A DNA stretch of 24,000 bases from Rhodococcus sp. H36-A4 (GTDB lineage: Bacteria; Actinomycetota; Actinomycetes; Mycobacteriales; Mycobacteriaceae). A program made the position numbers and the translations under genes. Under the pieces are notes generated by a model, which saw nothing but the letters and a program-made list of their open reading frames with translations, made no database searches and was not told the origin of the DNA. Below, piece after piece: positions 1 to 8,038 of the stretch. How positions within the stretch are numbered: position 1 is the stretch's first letter; each line of letters begins with the position of its first letter. The stretch lies in NCBI RefSeq assembly GCF_027158005.1, contig NZ_JAPVLQ010000001.1, positions 853,745 to 877,744 of the forward strand. Direction: 5' to 3'.

Positions 1-611
1 GCAAATTGGTCGACCAGGTGATCGAAAACCAAGTCGGCATCGCCGTCGACGCCGCACCCGACCTCGTCACCATCTACGCAGGCGGCAACGATCTGATGCG
101 GCCCAAGGTCGACATCGACGGCGTCGTCGCCAGATACGACTCGGCACTGGCAGACCTCGTCGCCACCGGCGCGCGGGTCGTCGCCTTCACCGGATACGAC
201 GCGGGCTGGGCACCGCTGTTCCGCACACTGCGTGGACGCACTGCGATCTACAACGAACTCCTGCGGGAAGTAGCCGACCGGCGGGGAGTCGAACTCGTCG
301 ACTTCTGGCGCCTCGACGGCTACGACGACATTCGGATGTGGGACACGGATCGTCTCCACATGTCCACGCGCGGACACATCAGGATGGCATCCGAGGTTCT
401 GAATCACCTCGGTGTACCGCATTCGATCGAACTCGAGCCATTGGAGCCACTCGCACCCATCGCGGCCGCCGCGAAGCGGCGTGAGAATGCCGAATGGGTG
501 AAGTCCTTCGCGGCGCCGTGGGTGTCACGACGCCTCCGCGGCGCATCCTCCGGCGACGACGTTGCGCCGAAACACACCATGCTTCTTCGTTCCCAGCTGC
601 AACAGAATTAG
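1..611 (+). CDS. SGNH/GDSL-family hydrolase (lipase/esterase-like), 5'-truncated by the window edge
   Basis: The reading frame is open to the window edge. The translation contains SGNH block III (YAGGNDL) and block V (DRLHMSTRGH, DxxH) but no N-terminal GDS block, so the N-terminus lies upstream. TAG stop at 609-611. Confidence 0.8.
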   Translation, partial: KLVDQVIENQVGIAVDAAPDLVTIYAGGNDLMRPKVDIDGVVARYDSALADLVATGARVVAFTGYDAGWAPLFRTLRGRTAIYNELLREVADRRGVELVDFWRLDGYDDIRMWDTDRLHMSTRGHIRMASEVLNHLGVPHSIELEPLEPLAPIAAAAKRRENAEWVKSFAAPWVSRRLRGASSGDDVAPKHTMLLRSQLQQN

Positions 612-623
612 CGGCGAAAGCGA

Positions 624-2867
624 CTAGTTCTCACTGCTCTCCGGCAGAGCGGCCGGCTGCTCCGCCGGCTCTGCTGCCGGAGGATCGGCTGGAGGGACCA
701 CAGCAGGTTCGGCGGCAGGTCCAGCCGCTGGGGGCGCAGCCGACTCTGCTGCCGGAGGTGCGGGTGCCGGCTGCGGAGCGTCCGCAGTCTTCGGATCAGG
801 TTCGCGTGACTGGCATTTCACAATCGGAATCGGATCGTACTTGACCGTTCGAGTCTCTCGCGAGATCTCTTTGCCCGACGCAATATCGGTGATCACCCTG
901 GTATTGCTCGCAGTGAATCCCGGTCCACCGCCAGAGGGAACGCACTGATCACCGGCAGGGAGCGTGACCGTGTTGGGAGATGTCGGGTTGGTCCGCGGCC
1001 CGGTACTGGACTCGACCTCCACTGTCTTCGTTCCCCAAAGTCGAACCGTCACATCCGAACCCGTACCGAACGACTCGATGACGATGCCAGTCTTGCTCGG
1101 GTTGGTGAACTTCAGGTCGATGGCGCCCTCGAACACCGTCGCCTCGCGGGCCTCGGGATACCTGCTGATGTAGTAACTGTGCTCGGTGTGCCCAGCATCT
1201 TCCATTCCGCCGAAGTACGACGCGTTGTACAGCGTCGTCGCGAACTGACTGATGCCGCCGCCGACTGCCCGGTCCGGTCTCCCGTTGTCGATGATCCCCG
1301 ACTCGACGAAACCCTGCGCCGTTCCGCGTGGTCCGGTGTACCCGTTGAGCGAGAACGTATCTCCTGGCTTCACCAATGCGCCGTTGACGATATCGGCGGT
1401 GAGTCCGATATTGACTCCGGACGCGTACTCGAATCCGCCTGTGGTGTATTCGGCGACAACTTCCTTGATGCCGAGTGCTTGCGCGCCTTCGGTTGTCAGT
1501 GCCGGTGGCGCGGGTGCGTACACGGCCGCGGTGGTTCGGGCGTCCGAGGAGGCCAGCAAAGTCGGCAACTGCTCGAGCGTCACCGGCCACTGCACCATGT
1601 CGCCGACGACACCAGGCACGATGGTCGGCGCGCCTGAGCCCAGAACGAACGACGCGTCCTTTGCGACTGTCTCGGTAGCGGCCAACTGTGGCGCGAGAAT
1701 ACGAATCGCTGCGTCGTTGTCGTACCGCGCCGCGAGTGACCCGTCCTCTCCCGGTTCGAAGGACACGACCTGGCCGACGACCTCCGGGGTCAGCACCGCG
1801 GCTGCAGCGTTCTTGCCGGTGAACACCACCGGCGCGGACACCGCAGGCTCGGCGATCTCGGTGAGCACACGATCGACCTCGTCCTGGTGCACCGTCACGT
1901 CAGCGGTCTCGACGGGTACCGCGACATCCCCGAAAGCCCATCGCTTCTGCATTGCCTCGCGCGCGCCGGCGACGTCGAGCGCCAGGCCGGGAGCGGGTGC
2001 CACACCCACTGCGGTCGCACCCTCGAAGACGATGTCGCCTTCCACCGGAGCGCGGTCGGTCTGCGCACGAATCGACTCGACGGTCGCATCGAGCGCGGCA
2101 ACATCGACCGTCGACTGCACGCCGATCTCGCGATGACCGAAGAACGAACTCACCCGAGTGAAAGGATTGATCGGCTGCGACCCCGCGCGATCGAGCGTCG
2201 CATTCCAATCGACACCGAGCCCTGCGGCGGCCGGCACGAACTCGAGGTCCAGATCTCCGGCCTCGACAACAACGGGCTGTTCGACGCGTGCGCCGAGCTC
2301 CGAACGTAGCTTCGCCTCGGCGTCCTCGTGCGAGAGACTTCCGACGTCGACTCCGGCAACGGTGACCCCGCGCGGAACTGCGCCGCTGGAGGACAACCAG
2401 TCCGCGGTGTAGAACACAGCCAAGATCGCCACCGCAGCGCCCGCCAAGACTGCAGCCTTCACCCACGGAGGCTTCTCATCCGAGCCGACCGGTCCACCAC
2501 CGGCAGGGTCGGGCGCTGCCGAACTTTCGTCGGGAGAAGCGATAGGCGGATCAGGTGGTCCCGGGGCGGCAGCAGGCTCTGCAGGCCTCGGAGGGACCGC
2601 CGAATAAGCTTCAGTGGCCGGCTCTTCATCCTGCGAAGGCCGGCTCGAAGAAGTCCGCTCGGGAGGTACAACGTTCTCGGGAGGTACAACGTTCTCGGGA
2701 GGTACAACGTTCTCGGGAGGTACAACGGTGATGGCCTCGGTGACCGCGTCGTACGGCAGTACCTCTTCGGGCTGCGTGTCCTCTACCGAATCTTCAGGGA
2801 CCGGACCTTCAGGGGCCGGAGGCTCCTGTCCCTTGCGCGGTTCTGTGCCGTCTCCACCGATGCTCAC
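624..2867 (-). CDS. VanW-domain membrane protein with a Pro/Glu-rich N-terminal tail and a Pro/Ala-rich C-terminal tail
   Basis: The ORF has a VanW-like core (GDTFSLNGYTGPRGTAQGFVESGIIDNG...GGGISQFATTLYNASYFGG...HSYYISRYPEAREATV) and a single TM (WVKAAVLAGAAVAILAVFY). I prefer the GTG start at 2867 because GGGAGGG (2875-2881, minus strand) lies 7 nt upstream. The longest-ORF start is another GTG at 2957 with no obvious SD and a W-rich, atypical 30-aa extension. TAG stop at 624-626. Confidence 0.85.
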   Translation of the reverse strand: MSIGGDGTEPRKGQEPPAPEGPVPEDSVEDTQPEEVLPYDAVTEAITVVPPENVVPPENVVPPENVVPPERTSSSRPSQDEEPATEAYSAVPPRPAEPAAAPGPPDPPIASPDESSAAPDPAGGGPVGSDEKPPWVKAAVLAGAAVAILAVFYTADWLSSSGAVPRGVTVAGVDVGSLSHEDAEAKLRSELGARVEQPVVVEAGDLDLEFVPAAAGLGVDWNATLDRAGSQPINPFTRVSSFFGHREIGVQSTVDVAALDATVESIRAQTDRAPVEGDIVFEGATAVGVAPAPGLALDVAGAREAMQKRWAFGDVAVPVETADVTVHQDEVDRVLTEIAEPAVSAPVVFTGKNAAAAVLTPEVVGQVVSFEPGEDGSLAARYDNDAAIRILAPQLAATETVAKDASFVLGSGAPTIVPGVVGDMVQWPVTLEQLPTLLASSDARTTAAVYAPAPPALTTEGAQALGIKEVVAEYTTGGFEYASGVNIGLTADIVNGALVKPGDTFSLNGYTGPRGTAQGFVESGIIDNGRPDRAVGGGISQFATTLYNASYFGGMEDAGHTEHSYYISRYPEAREATVFEGAIDLKFTNPSKTGIVIESFGTGSDVTVRLWGTKTVEVESSTGPRTNPTSPNTVTLPAGDQCVPSGGGPGFTASNTRVITDIASGKEISRETRTVKYDPIPIVKCQSREPDPKTADAPQPAPAPPAAESAAPPAAGPAAEPAVVPPADPPAAEPAEQPAALPESSEN
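2661..2728 (-). repeat. 18-bp perfect tandem repeat, about 3.8 copies, in frame, encoding (PENVVP)n
   Basis: The unit gggaggtacaacgttctc occurs at 2661-2678, 2679-2696 and 2697-2714, with a partial copy at 2715-2728. In the VanW ORF it translates as PPENVVPPENVVPPENVVPPE. Confidence 0.95.
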
Positions 2868-3079
2868 GTTCAAGCCCTCCCACAACCCCCACCGATTTCG
2901 ATCGAATGTCGTGCCCGAGCTTACGCATCCGCTATCGACGCGGAGATGTCGAGCCACCTCGATCGAGATGTAGGTGGCTCCGCACCGCTGCCGGGTCGGG
3001 GGTCGGGCAGCAGTACGGAGCCACTACGACTATCGGCGATCTTTGTGAAGCGTTACAACGGAGCTTGGAAAAGCTTTGT

Positions 3080-3099
3080 GTTCATTCAGTTGAATGAAC
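3080..3099. other. AT-rich 20-bp palindrome GTTCATTCA-GT-TGAATGAAC (pucR terminator or operator candidate)
   Basis: Perfect 9-bp inverted arms (3080-3088 / 3091-3099) in a locally low-GC patch. It lies about 10 nt downstream of the PucR stop on the minus strand and upstream of the VanW gene. Confidence 0.3.
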
Positions 3100-3108
3100 G
3101 GGGGGTTC

Positions 3109-4398
3109 TCACCTGTGCCCGGGGTCCACTGCCCGCGCCCAGTGCCCGGTCTTCACCAATGCCAACGTCAACAGCAGCCGGTTCTGAGGATCGGAGAGAA
3201 CACGACCGGTCAGCTCCTCGATCTGCCGTATTCGATAGATCACGGTGTTCCGATGACAGAAGAGCACCTTCGCGGCGTTCGTCGGTGACCCATCGCTGGC
3301 GAGAACGTGCGCGAGAGTGCCGAGCAGCGTGTCACGCTGCGGCTCCGGGTGTGTCGACAACGACCCGAGCGCGTGACGCACGAGCAGTTCCGAGCATTGG
3401 TCGTCGGCCGCCATGATCACGCGTGGGAGCCGATCGGTAGCCAGGGCGACCCCCACCTCCCCGTCCTCGACGGTCTCGGCTGTCAGTGTTGCAAGCCGAT
3501 ACGCAGCTGCGAACGACGACAACCCGTCGGGCGAGTGCGCGACCCCCACCTTCCCTGCCACCCGCGGCACCAACGCCTCGACGACGCCGGACAGCGCCCC
3601 CCGTGTCAACGCGACCAACGCGAACTGATGACCGTCGCGGATGTTCCAGTGCGACACCGCACCGATTTGGTCGAGCGCGTCCTCGGGCGCCGGCAACGGC
3701 GACTCGCCTTGATCGTCGAGCACTCCGACGACGCATGCGATTGTTTGCGAAGCGGACAATCCGAGAGTTGCCCTGGCTTCGAGGACGAATGCCGGATCGC
3801 CTCCACGACCACTGCGGAGGCCGTCGAGAATTGCGAGCACATTGGCGATGTCGCGCTGCTGCATCCGCGCGCTTTCGCGTCGATACGCCTGGACGAGTGT
3901 TTCGTACTGCCCATCGAGGGCCCGCCAGAGCTGTTGCCCGGCAAGGAGAAGCAGCCTTTCGTCGATCACCAACCGATACTGATCCCGCTCGATCATCAAC
4001 TCTTCCCACAATGTCCTACTGCCGAGCGTGTACGCCTTGAGGACCAGTTCCATCGGTATCCCCTGACGCGCCCGTTCTCGGCCGGTCCGACGCCACACTT
4101 CACGGGTCGTGTCCGAGACCTCGCGGGGTCTCGACATCGTGAGCAGACCCTGCCGGACGTGTTCGCGGGTGCTGCGTCGAATCTCGGCGGCAATGTCCGG
4201 TGCACTGGACGCCAGGTAGGCAGGCTCCTGCTCTATCAATGCCAGCGTGATCGAATCCGCGATCGAATCCGCCCGACGCAGCAACGTCGACCATGCTTGC
4301 TGGATCGTCGCCTGATCCGAGGCACTGAGTTTGCGGCGCGCGGACTGGCCCGAACTGCTCCTCGCCGCCGGTCCGCTCACAGGCACAGCTTTGCGCAC
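3109..4398 (-). CDS. PucR/CdaR-family transcriptional regulator
   Basis: The C-terminus carries the PucR-type HTH signature (NAAKVLFCHRNTVIYRIRQIEELTGRVL). The maximal ORF runs to 4548, but that would cover the divergent promoter region. In-frame GTG candidates sit at 4398, 4386 and 4380, and I cannot resolve the start from sequence alone. TGA stop at 3109-3111. Confidence 0.8.
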   Translation of the reverse strand: MRKAVPVSGPAARSSSGQSARRKLSASDQATIQQAWSTLLRRADSIADSITLALIEQEPAYLASSAPDIAAEIRRSTREHVRQGLLTMSRPREVSDTTREVWRRTGRERARQGIPMELVLKAYTLGSRTLWEELMIERDQYRLVIDERLLLLAGQQLWRALDGQYETLVQAYRRESARMQQRDIANVLAILDGLRSGRGGDPAFVLEARATLGLSASQTIACVVGVLDDQGESPLPAPEDALDQIGAVSHWNIRDGHQFALVALTRGALSGVVEALVPRVAGKVGVAHSPDGLSSFAAAYRLATLTAETVEDGEVGVALATDRLPRVIMAADDQCSELLVRHALGSLSTHPEPQRDTLLGTLAHVLASDGSPTNAAKVLFCHRNTVIYRIRQIEELTGRVLSDPQNRLLLTLALVKTGHWARAVDPGHR

Positions 4399-4454
4399 TT
4401 CGCCTAGACATGTGGGCGAATTGACCGGTGATCGTGTCCTCGGACCCAAACATT

Positions 4455-4497
4455 TTGTGCACTGCGTCCATATCGCGCGTTGTGCAGAGCGTCCATA
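4455..4497. promoter_or_regulatory. Direct repeat TTGTGCAnnGCGTCCATA x2 in the pucR/ABC divergent promoter (candidate regulator binding sites)
   Basis: Copy 1 is at 4455-4472 (ttgtgcactgcgtccata) and copy 2 at 4480-4497 (ttgtgcagagcgtccata). They share 16/18 identity with 25-bp spacing and lie between the divergent starts. Confidence 0.35.
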
Positions 4498-4565
4498 GTG
4501 AACCCACAACCGATTGTGAGGTACATCACTTGACTGCAAGTTCAGCACCCCAACCAGTGTTCGAT

Positions 4566-5333
4566 ATGAAATCCATCGATGTCACATTCGGTGGCATCGT
4601 GGCCCTGTCCGACGTCAGCCTCGACGTCAGGCCAGGAGAGGTCCTCGGGGTGATCGGCCCGAACGGAGCAGGAAAGACGACCCTGTTCAACGTCGCGTGC
4701 GGACTTGTCCGACCACAGGCCGGCACCATCACCCGCAACGGGAAGCCGCTCACGCGCCTCACCCCCCACCAACTGCCCGGATTGGGGATGAGCCGGACCC
4801 TCCAAGGGCTCGGACTCTTCGACCGGATGACGGTTCTCGACAACGTCATGATCGGCGCCGACCGCACCGCCCGCGCTGGATTTCTCTCCGGCATCCTCGG
4901 CCTACCCCGAAGCTCGCGCGACGATGCCGCTGTGCGCGCCACCGCCATGTCCACGCTGGAAGAACTGCGTATCGACTCCTACGCTCACCGATTTCCCCCG
5001 AGCCTGCCCTACGCGGTGCGGAAACGGGTTGCTCTGGCCCGCGCTCTGGTCAGCACACCGTCCCTTCTCCTCCTCGACGAGCCCGCATCGGGCCTGTCCT
5101 CGGACGAAATGGACGAACTCGCAACACTCATCCGCTCACTTGCAGGCGGAGAATTCTCGAGCACTTCGATCATGCTCGTCGAACATCACATGGATCTCGT
5201 CATGAGCGTCTGTGACCGAATCGTCGTACTCGACTTCGGCAAGGTCATCGCGCAGGGCACCCCCGAAGACGTACGCGAAGACCCGGCCGTCCTCGCCGCG
5301 TATCTGGGAAACGAAGTGACACATGGCAACTGA
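4566..5333 (+). CDS. ABC transporter ATP-binding protein, LivG-like (HAAT family)
   Basis: Walker A GPNGAGKTT, LivG-type segment LTPHQLPGLGMSRTLQGLGLFDRMTVLDNV, signature LSSDE/Walker B LLLLDEP, and a C-terminal AYLG. The ATG at 4566 gives the canonical N-terminus MKSIDVTFGG. An alternative TTG at 4530 has GAGG 8 nt upstream. Confidence 0.9.
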   Translation: MKSIDVTFGGIVALSDVSLDVRPGEVLGVIGPNGAGKTTLFNVACGLVRPQAGTITRNGKPLTRLTPHQLPGLGMSRTLQGLGLFDRMTVLDNVMIGADRTARAGFLSGILGLPRSSRDDAAVRATAMSTLEELRIDSYAHRFPPSLPYAVRKRVALARALVSTPSLLLLDEPASGLSSDEMDELATLIRSLAGGEFSSTSIMLVEHHMDLVMSVCDRIVVLDFGKVIAQGTPEDVREDPAVLAAYLGNEVTHGN

Positions 5334-6045
5334 CACACTCCAGTTGGAAATCACCGATCTCACCGTGCACTACGGTCCGGTCAAGGCCCTCGATTCGGTA
5401 TCGATGTCCATCCGCGCAGGCGCCGTCACCGCCGTCCTCGGCGCGAACGGTGCAGGCAAGACGACTCTGCTCAGAGCCATCTCAGGTCTGCTGCATCCCA
5501 CCTCGGGAAGTATCACGATGGCGGGCGCAGAACTCGTCGGGGTTGCACCGGATCGCATGTCACGCAAGGGACTCGCCCACGTTCCCGAGGGTCGCGGGGT
5601 CATCGCCGAGCTGACCGTGGAGGAGAACCTCCGTCTCGGCGCAATGGGCCGCAACAAAAGCCACGACGCGGTCACTCTGGATCGGATCTACACGATGTTC
5701 CCGCCGCTCGACACGAGGCGATCTTTGTCCGCACACACGTTGTCCGGCGGTGAACGTCAGATGCTCGTCATCGGCCGAGCACTCATGGCGACCCCGACGG
5801 TTCTACTACTCGACGAACCCTCGCTGGGTCTCGCACCGAAAGTGATCGCCCAAATTTTCGAGACCCTGCGAATGCTCGTCGAAACCGAGTCCATGACAGT
5901 GGTTCTCGTAGAGCAGAACGCACGCAGCGCCCTCTCGATCGCCGAGCATGCCGTCGTACTCGACCTCGGCACGGTCGCCGTCGAAGGGCCCGCCGACACC
6001 CTGGCCGACGACGACGCTCTCCGCCACGCCTACCTCGGATTCTGA
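5323..6045 (+). CDS. ABC transporter ATP-binding protein, LivF-like (HAAT family)
   Basis: Walker A GANGAGKTT, LivF-type HVPEGRGVIAELTVEENL, signature LSGGERQ, Walker B LLLDEP. It overlaps the upstream gene by 11 nt. Confidence 0.9.
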   Translation: MATDTLQLEITDLTVHYGPVKALDSVSMSIRAGAVTAVLGANGAGKTTLLRAISGLLHPTSGSITMAGAELVGVAPDRMSRKGLAHVPEGRGVIAELTVEENLRLGAMGRNKSHDAVTLDRIYTMFPPLDTRRSLSAHTLSGGERQMLVIGRALMATPTVLLLDEPSLGLAPKVIAQIFETLRMLVETESMTVVLVEQNARSALSIAEHAVVLDLGTVAVEGPADTLADDDALRHAYLGF

Positions 6046-6069
6046 CGAGCCGAAAGGAACCCCACCGAC

Positions 6070-6948
6070 GTGCAGCAACTGCTCACCATCCTCCTGAACG
6101 GGGTGACGACCGGCATGATCTATGCCGCGTTCGCTCTTGCCCTGGTTCTCATCTGGCGCTCGACGCGCATCGTGAACTTCGCGCAGGCGCCCATGGCCAT
6201 GATCACCACCTACGTCGCTCTCGTCGTCATCGACGCCGGCTACTCGTACTGGATCGGATTCGGCGTCGCGCTCCTCAGCGGGCTGATACTGGGCGCATTG
6301 ATCGAACGCCTGGTCATTCGGTTCGTCGACACGACTTCGCACATCAATCCGATCATTCTCACGCTCGGACTGTTCATCATCATCCACGCAACGGCAGCCA
6401 TCGTTTTCGGCAACCAATTCCGTTCTTTTCCAGCACCTTTCGGGCTCTCGGGGCGAACGATCGGTGACCTGAACATCGCGCTCACCGGATACGACATCTT
6501 CAAGATCGTCGCCGTGCTGGTCGTACTCGGACTACTCGTACTGCTGTTCCGCTTCACCGATCTCGGCCTCAAGATGCGTGCGAGCGCCTTCGAGCAGGAA
6601 GTGGCCAAACTACTCGGCGTCCGCGTCAGCAGAATGCTCACCCTCGGCTGGGCGCTCGCCGCCGTCGTAGGCTCGCTGGCCGGCCTGCTCATCGCCGGTG
6701 GATCACTGGTCCACCCCGGGTACATGGATTCCATCGTCGTATTCGGCTTCGTTGCAGCCGTTCTCGGCGGACTGGACTCCCCCGGTGGAGCCGTTGTCGG
6801 CGGCCTCATGATGGGAATCGGCCTCAGCCTCGTCAGCGGTTATCTCGGCCAAGACCTCGTATCCGCTGCAGCGCTGGTGATATTGATCGTCGTCCTGCTG
6901 TTGAAGCCGAGCGGACTGTTCGCTCACGCCACGGCAAGAAGGGTTTGA
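6070..6948 (+). CDS. Branched-chain-amino-acid-type ABC permease, LivH-like
   Basis: Polytopic membrane protein with a LivH-like N-terminus (LLNGVTTGMIYAAFALALVLIWRSTRIVNFAQAPMAM). GTG start at 6070 with GAAAGGAA upstream. Confidence 0.9.
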   Translation: MQQLLTILLNGVTTGMIYAAFALALVLIWRSTRIVNFAQAPMAMITTYVALVVIDAGYSYWIGFGVALLSGLILGALIERLVIRFVDTTSHINPIILTLGLFIIIHATAAIVFGNQFRSFPAPFGLSGRTIGDLNIALTGYDIFKIVAVLVVLGLLVLLFRFTDLGLKMRASAFEQEVAKLLGVRVSRMLTLGWALAAVVGSLAGLLIAGGSLVHPGYMDSIVVFGFVAAVLGGLDSPGGAVVGGLMMGIGLSLVSGYLGQDLVSAAALVILIVVLLLKPSGLFAHATARRV

Positions 6949-6949
6949 C

Positions 6950-8038
6950 ATGAGCGCACCCGTGAAAGATCGACCCACCCCTGCGCCGACGCCGAAACCG
7001 CCATTGTGGACCCGAGTGATATCGACCCCGGTTCGTCGTCACATACTCTGTGCCGTACTCGCTCTCGTGGTGATCGTGCTCGTGTTGGAAAGCATCAGCA
7101 CCTTCCGGCAGAGCCAACTGACCTCGGTGGCATACCTCGCCATTGCTGCAGGCGGCCTCACCATCCTGACCGGCATCAACGGCCAACTCTCCCTGGGCCA
7201 CGGCGCATTCATGGCCGTCGGCGCGTACACGGCCGCGCTGATGTTGCGGGCCCAGGACTCCGGATGGAGCGTCCCGCTGGTCTTGCTCGTCGCAACGGTA
7301 GTGACCTCCATCGTCGGAGTCATCGTCGGCATCGCGGCCGCACGCCTGCACGGCCCCTATCTGGCTGGAGCGACACTTGCGCTCGCCGTCGCAGTTCCCG
7401 GCCTCGCCCTGTACTTCTCCGAATACCTCGGCGGCGAACAAGGTCTGGTGGTGCCGGTGCCGAAGGTACCCGCGCTGCTCGACAACGCGATGTTCTTCCT
7501 CACCGGAAACGAGCTCAGCGGAACGAAATTCGTGTCCTACGTCAGCTGGGTACTGCTCGTGGTCGTCTTCGTACTGTTGGCCAATGTCGCTTCGAGCCGC
7601 ACCGGGCGACGCTGGCGGGCGGTACGGGACGACGAAGTCGCCGCCGAACTCGCAGGCATAAACCTGGGCCGCGCCCGAATCCTCGCCTTCGTCGTCAGCG
7701 CAGCCTGCGCAGGCGCCGCCGGAGCCGTGCTGGCAATGGCGTCGAGAATCGCAGCACCGAGCGGGTTCACGCTGACGCTGTCCTTGACACTGCTCTCCGC
7801 CGTCGTGATCGGTGGGCTCGGATCGCTGTCCGGCGCCCTCATCGGCGCCCTACTCCTGACCTACATACCACCGGTGGTCACCAACCTCGGTCTCGATGCC
7901 GGCCTCAGCAGCCTGCAGTCTGCAGAACTCGCACCGCTCGTGACCGGGGTCTTCACCGTCCTGGTCATCCTGTTCGCGCCATCCGGGCTGATGGGCATCA
8001 TCCGCAACCGGCGTCTGAAAAGAAAAGGGGAGAAATGA
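6950..8038 (+). CDS. Branched-chain-amino-acid-type ABC permease, LivM-like
   Basis: Polytopic membrane protein with the LivM-type motif QLSLGHGAFMAVGAYTAALM. ATG at 6950 lies one nt after the upstream stop. Confidence 0.9.
   Translation: MSAPVKDRPTPAPTPKPPLWTRVISTPVRRHILCAVLALVVIVLVLESISTFRQSQLTSVAYLAIAAGGLTILTGINGQLSLGHGAFMAVGAYTAALMLRAQDSGWSVPLVLLVATVVTSIVGVIVGIAAARLHGPYLAGATLALAVAVPGLALYFSEYLGGEQGLVVPVPKVPALLDNAMFFLTGNELSGTKFVSYVSWVLLVVVFVLLANVASSRTGRRWRAVRDDEVAAELAGINLGRARILAFVVSAACAGAAGAVLAMASRIAAPSGFTLTLSLTLLSAVVIGGLGSLSGALIGALLLTYIPPVVTNLGLDAGLSSLQSAELAPLVTGVFTVLVILFAPSGLMGIIRNRRLKRKGEK

Noticed and set aside
612-623. The GCGAAAGC mini-hairpin in the 12-nt gap between the convergent SGNH hydrolase and VanW genes, as a terminator
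   Set aside because: It has only a 2-bp stem around a GAAA loop. That is too small to argue for a function from sequence alone and is probably coincidental.
2661-2728. Whether the 18-bp repeats could be a small CRISPR array
   Set aside because: The units are directly contiguous with no spacers, they are short (18 bp), and they lie in frame inside a CDS where they encode a hexapeptide repeat. There are no cas genes in the window.
2868-3108. A c-di-AMP (ydaO-type) or other known riboswitch upstream of the cell-wall-related VanW gene
   Set aside because: I could not find the conserved ydaO core strings I remember (GGGGACCCA, GGGGUGAAUC, ACCCGAA...CUAACCUCGUAAGCG). Only a chance CGUAAGC is present. 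This would need Rfam cmscan to be fully excluded.
7006-8034. The 782-aa ORF 7006..9354, which appears to encode a huge Arg/Pro-rich protein
   Set aside because: Only the part from ATG 8035 is credible (lipoprotein signal peptide, SD, binding-protein-like sequence). The upstream 343 codons are an alternative frame of the LivM-like permease gene that stays open because of high GC, and their composition is Arg/Pro-rich junk.
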